Of a stretch of DNA of 4,274 bases, positions 1 through 3,032 are shown piece after piece. Under the pieces are notes generated by a model. It was given only the letters and a program-made list of their open reading frames with translations, ran no database searches and was not told the origin of the DNA. The DNA is from a virus. Taxonomy: Duplodnaviria; Heunggongvirae; Uroviricota; Caudoviricetes. A program made the position numbers and the translations under genes. Location: IMG/VR virus record IMGVR_UViG_2690316115_000023; one strand, 5' to 3'. How positions within the stretch are numbered: the stretch's first letter is position 1; each line of letters starts with the position of its first letter.

Positions 1-102
1 CTGCCACTGTTTCGCATGTGCCCAGGCATCACTACCCGCAAAAATAATGACTTCGGTCATCTTGTCGTAAGGCTGTTTTTTTAAGTTCGGTGCGCTTTTC
101 AT
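1..102 (-). CDS. Partial CDS (first 34 codons; continues beyond the window start), unknown function
   Basis: ATG at 102..100 overlaps the upstream TGA (ATGA coupling), with AGGGG 6 nt upstream. Open to the window edge. Translation: MKSAPNLKKQPYDKMTEVIIFAGSDAWAHAKQWQ. Confidence 0.45.
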   Translation of the reverse strand, partial: MKSAPNLKKQPYDKMTEVIIFAGSDAWAHAKQWQ

Positions 103-398
103 TTCTTGCCCCTGAATCCGTTAATCATGTTTTTCATCTTCTGAATATTGGTGCGTGCTTTCTCCCTGCTGGTTGGTTTACTGCGGGGCGCTGCCTGTAC
201 CAGAGAAAAATCACGATCGAACTGATAAACAGGCATAACGCAGTCATATTCGTAGCCTTCACGGCGGTAAGTGATGCGGCGTTCTCTCACGCTGATAATC
301 GTCACGATGCCGCCGTACTGGTCGCGGTAAATATCCCCGCGCATGAATTTAGTGCGAGTTTTGCCACTGGCAGTTAAGCCAGGATATTTAAGTTTCAT
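99..398 (-). CDS. Small hypothetical protein (99 aa), possibly DUF4222-like
   Basis: ATG at 398 with GGAGA 9 nt upstream. The core GDIYRDQYGGIVTIISVRERRITYRREGYEYDCVMPVYQFDRDFSLV matches my recollection of the DUF4222 pattern (YRD..G..V.V..V...R.TF.R.GY...C..P...F...F); unverified. TGA stop at 101..99. Confidence 0.6.
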   Translation of the reverse strand: MKLKYPGLTASGKTRTKFMRGDIYRDQYGGIVTIISVRERRITYRREGYEYDCVMPVYQFDRDFSLVQAAPRSKPTSREKARTNIQKMKNMINGFRGKK

Positions 399-403
399 TA
401 TTT

Positions 404-637
404 TTATTCTCCGGTGTGCTGTTCTTTATATCTGTCGTGCAATAGATCTATTTCCTGCAACTCATTTATTACAGGCTCAAGAAGCGTTATTAATGATGTA
501 ATAATCCGCGTTTTTTTTGCATTACGTTCATTATCGCCAAAGGATTCAAGGCACATCCGCAATATTTCGTACATACCTTCAGCGTAAGCAAGGGCACTAA
601 ATGCGCGGTCTATTGTTTCAAGATAAATATCACGCAT
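404..637 (-). CDS. Small hypothetical protein (77 aa), probable third, more divergent member of the paralog array
   Basis: ATG at 637, one nt after the upstream TAA (coupled). TAA stop at 406..404. Weak similarity to the previous two (AL ... E-x-M ... L-C/E-T/S). Confidence 0.55.
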   Translation of the reverse strand: MRDIYLETIDRAFSALAYAEGMYEILRMCLESFGDNERNAKKTRIITSLITLLEPVINELQEIDLLHDRYKEQHTGE

Positions 638-638
638 A

Positions 639-860
639 TTAATCCCCGTCCGTTGTTTTTCTTAAAACAGCTTCTGTCACGAAATCAGCATAGTTAGCGG
701 CAATATCAAGAATATTTAGCCCTGTACCTCTGTGCTCATCAGTGCAAAGAAAGAAAAAAGCCACCCGCATAATTTCAGATATTGACGAAAGCGCATCAGC
801 CGCATCATCAGGAACGCCGGAAAATTCTTGTTTCAGGGAATTAAAACGATCATCACGCAT
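639..860 (-). CDS. Small hypothetical protein (73 aa), second member of the paralog array
   Basis: ATG at 860 (8-nt overlap with the upstream TGA), preceded by the G8 tract as an SD-like element. TAA stop at 641..639. Carries GVPDDAADALSSI and GLNILDIA, paralogous to the 853..1074 product. The ORF track extends to 908, but that start has no RBS. Confidence 0.55.
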   Translation of the reverse strand: MRDDRFNSLKQEFSGVPDDAADALSSISEIMRVAFFFLCTDEHRGTGLNILDIAANYADFVTEAVLRKTTDGD

Positions 861-1074
861 AACCCCCCCCATTTTCACAATCAGCAACAAGAATATTTTT
901 AGCGTCATTCAGCGACCGCGTTGCGATGTATCGGATACATTCCAGGGCGAACGTTGTCCGGTCTTTCTGTTCTTCTCCCTGCGCAAGCTCTGCCGTGCAT
1001 TCAATATCAATAAGCGCGTGCATCAGCGTAGTGAGCGCGGCGGCGGCTGCGTCCGGTGTGGTTTTATTGCACAT
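853..1074 (-). CDS. Small hypothetical protein (73 aa), first member of a three-paralog array
   Basis: ATG at 1074 with AGGAGG 6 nt upstream; the start overlaps the upstream stop by 11 nt. TGA stop at 855..853. Shares the motif PD-A/D-AA-A/D-AL-T/S-T/S-L/I and NIL with the next gene, with synonymous codon differences. Confidence 0.6.
   Translation of the reverse strand: MCNKTTPDAAAAALTTLMHALIDIECTAELAQGEEQKDRTTFALECIRYIATRSLNDAKNILVADCENGGGYA
863..870. repeat. Homopolymeric C8 (G8 on the coding strand) tract at the junction of two overlapping genes
   Basis: Eight consecutive C at 863..870. It encodes Gly-Gly-Gly at the C-terminus of the upstream gene and sits 2 nt upstream of the ATG of the downstream gene. 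Confidence 0.9.
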
Positions 1075-1255
1075 GGCACACCTCCTGACGAATACGGGCG
1101 GCGAATACAGCAACACAACCGGACGGGCAACGGCTACGTGCTTCGCGTTCCGTCCAGGCGGTTACGTGGATGATTTGATGTTCTGACGCGCCAAAGATGA
1201 TAAAGCGCCAGAGAAAGGCGGTTTGAGAATGTACAAGGGTAGGGATAGTAGCCAT
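1064..1255 (-). CDS. Icd-like small protein, copy A (63 aa), translatable independently from an internal start
   Basis: ATG at 1255 with GAGGAGG 8 nt upstream. Sequence MATIPTLVHSQTAFLWRF...EREARSRCPSGCVAVFAARIRQEVCHVQ. The family assignment is from recalled Icd-like sequences (F-x-W-x-F near the N-terminus, EQEAR ... F-x-A-R near the C-terminus) and is unverified. Confidence 0.6.
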   Translation of the reverse strand: MATIPTLVHSQTAFLWRFIIFGASEHQIIHVTAWTEREARSRCPSGCVAVFAARIRQEVCHVQ

Positions 1256-1624
1256 GTTGGCAGCCTCCTCAGTGTGGTTAAGATAACCGCCACCGGAAAC
1301 GCCAATTTCGCTGGTGGCGGACTGTACAGGGTTGGCGTAACCGGACACTGAAGAAACCGGCGCGGATTGCTCCGCCCCCGTACAGCCCACCATTGATAAG
1401 GTGTGACTATGCGGCACAAAAAAACACGCGGGGCGCGTGTTATGCGCTTCAGTTTTGCCCAGGACGCCAATCCCGGCACCCGTTTTATGAGGTGCGCGGG
1501 AATCATAGCTATTTTCGACACTGGCGATCAACTGGTTTTTTTCTCCGATATTCAGGGCCAGAAAACGCCACACAAAGGCCGTTTGTGTGTGTACAAGGTG
1601 TGGTATATGATTTACGGCAACCAT
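1064..1624 (-). CDS. Two-domain read-through ORF (186 aa): tandem paralogous domains, tentatively Icd-like (host cell division inhibitor-like), joined by a Gly/Ser-rich linker
   Basis: ATG at 1624 with AGGAG 5 nt upstream (the ORF-track extension to GTG 1723 has no SD). The N-domain (PHLVHTQTAFVWRF...TEAHNTRPACFFV) and C-domain (PTLVHSQTAFLWRF...EREARSRCPSGCVAVFAARIRQEV) align with several synonymous codon differences (CAC/CAT, ACG/ACC, CGT/CGC), indicating protein-level conservation. There is no in-frame stop between them. TAA stop at 1066..1064. Confidence 0.5.
   Translation of the reverse strand: MVAVNHIPHLVHTQTAFVWRFLALNIGEKNQLIASVENSYDSRAPHKTGAGIGVLGKTEAHNTRPACFFVPHSHTLSMVGCTGAEQSAPVSSVSGYANPVQSATSEIGVSGGGYLNHTEEAANMATIPTLVHSQTAFLWRFIIFGASEHQIIHVTAWTEREARSRCPSGCVAVFAARIRQEVCHVQ
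1418..1440 (-). terminator. Intragenic intrinsic-terminator-like hairpin inside the first Icd-like domain
   Basis: On the minus strand: ACACGCG-CCC-CGCGUGU (7-bp GC-rich stem, 3-nt loop) followed by U6. It lies within the codons for NTRPACFF. Confidence 0.4.
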
Positions 1625-1654
1625 AACGGCTCCTAGTTTACGTTGTTGGTTAGA

Positions 1655-1697
1655 AGCCCTGCGAGTGGTAATGACACTTGCGGGGCTTTGCTTTTTT
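1655..1697 (+). terminator. Plus-oriented intrinsic terminator upstream of the RHH promoter region
   Basis: 13-bp stem (1655..1667 with 1675..1687, two G-U pairs), 7-nt loop, followed by UUGCUUUUUU. On the minus strand the two G-U pairs become C-A mismatches, so the structure is strand-specific. Confidence 0.55.
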
Positions 1698-1713
1698 AAG
1701 TGCTCTTGTGTTA

Positions 1714-1725
1714 AGGTGACCACCT
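1714..1725. promoter_or_regulatory. Palindromic operator-like site 1 (AGGTG-AC-CACCT)
   Basis: Perfect 5-bp inverted repeat with a 2-bp spacer, in the divergent intergenic region between the RHH gene (plus) and the small-protein operon (minus). Confidence 0.45.
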
Positions 1726-1748
1726 AACAATGGAAAGGCTAATTCAAT

Positions 1749-1760
1749 AGGTGACCACTT
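1749..1760. promoter_or_regulatory. Palindromic operator-like site 2 (AGGTG-AC-CACTT)
   Basis: Near-perfect inverted repeat overlapping the SD and start codon of the RHH gene; 35 bp from site 1. Confidence 0.45.
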
Positions 1761-1950
1761 GTCAACAATCAAACGCGATAAAAGCCCTAAAGGGGACGGG
1801 CAATCCCCACAATTCAGAATGCGAATTTCTCCAGAGCTAAAAGAGCAATTCGACAAAGAAGCACAGAGCGACGGCATAAGCCTAGCCAACTGGCTTAAAG
1901 AGTTGGGGCGCACTGAACTAAAGCGGCGCGGCATAGAACCCAAAGGATAA
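1759..1950 (+). CDS. Ribbon-helix-helix (Arc/Mnt/CopG-type) DNA-binding protein (63 aa from TTG 1759; 43 aa from ATG 1819)
   Basis: FRMRISPELKEQFDKEAQSDGISLANWLKEL fits the RHH fold pattern: a beta-strand with alternating residues, then helix A, a G-x-S turn and helix B (compare Mnt FNFRMPMEVREKLKFRAEANGRSMNSELL). The TTG start has AGGTG 5 nt upstream, overlapping the second palindrome. TAA stop at 1948..1950. Confidence 0.65.
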   Translation: MSTIKRDKSPKGDGQSPQFRMRISPELKEQFDKEAQSDGISLANWLKELGRTELKRRGIEPKG

Positions 1951-1992
1951 AAACTATCAGCGCCGTGGTGTGAGGTATTACGGCGCATTGCT

Positions 1993-2181
1993 ATGCAGGA
2001 CAACACAATGACCGATAAAGAATTGACCAAAACATTATCACCGGCACGGAAAAGACGGCGCAGAAAGATAGAGCATGAATCAGAAAGATTCGCACCATGT
2101 GCTTTTGCCCTTGAGCAATTCCTTAAAGAGTATAGGGAAAAGCGCTCATTGCAGGTATGGCAACGAACTGAACCAGACTGA
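1993..2181 (+). CDS. Hypothetical small basic protein (62 aa; 57 aa from the ATG at 2008), possible partner of the RHH protein
   Basis: ORF 42 nt downstream of the RHH stop, followed about 95 nt later by the plus-strand terminator. Arg/Lys-rich (KRRRRK). There is no canonical SD: GAGGT lies 16 nt upstream, inside the loop of a 7-bp hairpin at 1960..1986. Rare codons are present. Weakly supported. Confidence 0.35.
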   Translation: MQDNTMTDKELTKTLSPARKRRRRKIEHESERFAPCAFALEQFLKEYREKRSLQVWQRTEPD

Positions 2182-2276
2182 TTGCATTGCCCACCAGCCT
2201 GATAGCGGCTATCATCCCCGTGCTTATGTTTGGGATCACATACACATAAGGCGCAGCGGGTTAATTGTTCAGAAAG

Positions 2277-2303
2277 GCGGCTCCATATCGGGGCCGCTTT
2301 TTT
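2277..2303 (+). terminator. Rho-independent terminator, plus-oriented, closing the RHH / small-ORF unit; a weaker structure on the minus strand could act after alpA
   Basis: Plus strand: GCGGCUCC-AUAUC-GGGGCCGC (8 bp including one G-U) followed by U6 at 2298..2303. The minus-strand version has a C-A mismatch and a poorer U tract. Confidence 0.65.
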
Positions 2304-2329
2304 CGTGTTTGTCATATCTGTGATACCCG

Positions 2330-2536
2330 TTAAGCAGCCGTTCCGCGTGCTTCCTGTTCGCGTTCTTTCTGCCAGGCCAACACATCATCCTCATACCATC
2401 CGCGACGGCGTAAACCAACGCGAAAACCCTGCGGAAATTCTCCGGCGTTGATCATGCTTTGCAGCGTGCTGTCTGCCTTGATGTGGATAATTTTTTTTAC
2501 TTCCTGGCGAAAGATAATTTTTCTGATTGCTTCCAT
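2330..2536 (-). CDS. alpA: AlpA / Vis / excisionase-like HTH prophage regulatory protein (68 aa)
   Basis: The segment STLQSMINAGEFPQGFRVGLRRRGWYEDDVLAWQ matches the AlpA-family HTH pattern (S-T-I/L ... G-x-F-P ... G-x-R ... W ... V-x-x-W). ATG at 2536, with AAGGT 8-9 nt upstream; TAA stop at 2332..2330. Confidence 0.85.
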   Translation of the reverse strand: MEAIRKIIFRQEVKKIIHIKADSTLQSMINAGEFPQGFRVGLRRRGWYEDDVLAWQKEREQEARGTAA

Positions 2537-2613
2537 CGTGATTTACCTTGTGAATCCGGTGTATTCCGGTGACAAATACGGTAAATCATCGGATATGGGT
2601 AAAAACAGTTCCC

Positions 2614-2643
2614 ACCGTTTTTAAACGGTATACACCGTTTTTT
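2614..2643. promoter_or_regulatory. Array of three alternating ACCGTTT / AAACGGT half-sites in the alpA upstream region
   Basis: ACCGTTT-TT-AAACGGT (2614..2629) overlaps AACGGT-ATAC-ACCGTT (2624..2639). The ACCGTTT half-sites are 20 bp apart. Direct repeats TCCGGTG at 2555 and 2565 lie immediately upstream of the alpA SD. Confidence 0.35.
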
Positions 2644-2669
2644 ATATTGATGATTTGAAATGGAATTAT

Positions 2670-2693
2670 AAAAAAAGCGGCATTTCTGCCGCT
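2670..2693 (-). terminator. Rho-independent terminator ending the int / small-ORF transcript
   Basis: On the minus strand: GCGGCA-GAAA-UGCCGC hairpin (6-8 bp stem, 4-nt loop) followed immediately by U7 (plus-strand A7 at 2670..2676). Confidence 0.7.
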
Positions 2694-2703
2694 TCCAGGA
2701 TTG

Positions 2704-2955
2704 TTACCGCCATTTTTTGGGCCTGCCTCCGATCTTCATAGATGCCGGACGTACGACCTTATCAATACTTACCGCCAGATTTCTGGAAGCGCCACGGGAT
2801 ACCAGAAAGTCTACTACCTGTTTTTTTGATGGGGCCGTCGTTCTGTCCTCCGGATCGTAGGTTGACCAAAATTCATGCTGAACCATCAGGGCCAGTTGCA
2901 GCCCGTCGCAATTGCATCTGATATTTTTTTGCATCTTAACGGTTTCATGTTTCAC
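2704..2955 (-). CDS. Hypothetical small protein (83 aa from GTG; 76 aa from the internal ATG at 2934)
   Basis: ORF between int and alpA with TAA stop at 2706..2704, followed 11 nt later by a strong minus-strand intrinsic terminator. The start is weakly supported: GTG with AAGG only 2 nt upstream, or ATG at 2934 with no clear SD. No family recognised. Confidence 0.4.
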   Translation of the reverse strand: MKHETVKMQKNIRCNCDGLQLALMVQHEFWSTYDPEDRTTAPSKKQVVDFLVSRGASRNLAVSIDKVVRPASMKIGGRPKKWR

Positions 2956-2979
2956 GGCCTTGTCGTTAAATTTGATGCA

Positions 2980-2985
2980 ATTATA
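2980..2985 (-). promoter_or_regulatory. Candidate -10 hexamer (TATAAT on the minus strand) for the small ORF downstream of int
   Basis: Perfect TATAAT on the minus strand about 25 nt upstream of the GTG at 2955, preceded by phased A-tracts (plus-strand GGTTTT repeats at 2990, 3000, 3019). No good -35 hexamer. Confidence 0.3.
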
Positions 2986-3032
2986 CGACGGTTTTACATG
3001 GTTTTCGTAGTTTTTACTGGTTTTCTGTACAG

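Noticed and set aside
90-377. Plus-strand 95-aa ORF
   Set aside because: It is antisense to the better-supported 99..398 gene, has a GTG start with no SD and a hydrophobic, Ala-rich translation with no recognisable features.
639-908. Start of the 639..908 ORF at the ATG at 908
   Set aside because: There is no RBS at 908 and that reading would run through the G8 tract and the upstream gene's C-terminus. The ATG at 860, with the G-run upstream and an 8-nt overlap, is the better start.
742-1186. Plus-strand ORFs 742..1173 and 926..1186
   Set aside because: They are antisense to the coupled minus-strand genes, have no RBS and low-complexity Arg/Ser/Cys-rich translations.
1162-1521. 119-aa minus-strand ORF in an alternative frame within the Icd-like region
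   Set aside because: It overlaps the conserved paralog frame, has no RBS and a Pro/Leu/Arg-rich composition typical of an off-frame ORF.
1196-1625. Direct repeats as P4-type seqA/seqC RNA-immunity elements
   Set aside because: The differences between the two copies follow a codon pattern (third-position synonymous changes) and each copy has its own RBS and ATG. I also found no complementary seqB-like segment between them. Protein-coding paralogs explain the repeats better.
1625-1723. N-terminal extension of the Icd-like ORF to the GTG at 1723
   Set aside because: There is no SD upstream of the GTG at 1723, whereas the ATG at 1624 has AGGAG at 5-nt spacing. The extension would also run through the operator palindromes.
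1650-2315. 221-aa minus-strand ORF spanning the alpA-to-operon intergenic region
   Set aside because: It is antisense to the well-supported RHH gene and starts inside the terminator hairpin. Its composition is Ser/Cys/Leu/Arg-heavy (about 7% Cys), typical of an off-frame translation, and it has no credible RBS. Its length is unusual, so this rejection is not absolute.
2075-2451. Plus-strand ORFs 2075..2323 and 2230..2451
   Set aside because: They run through the intrinsic terminator and into the antisense of alpA, and have no RBS.
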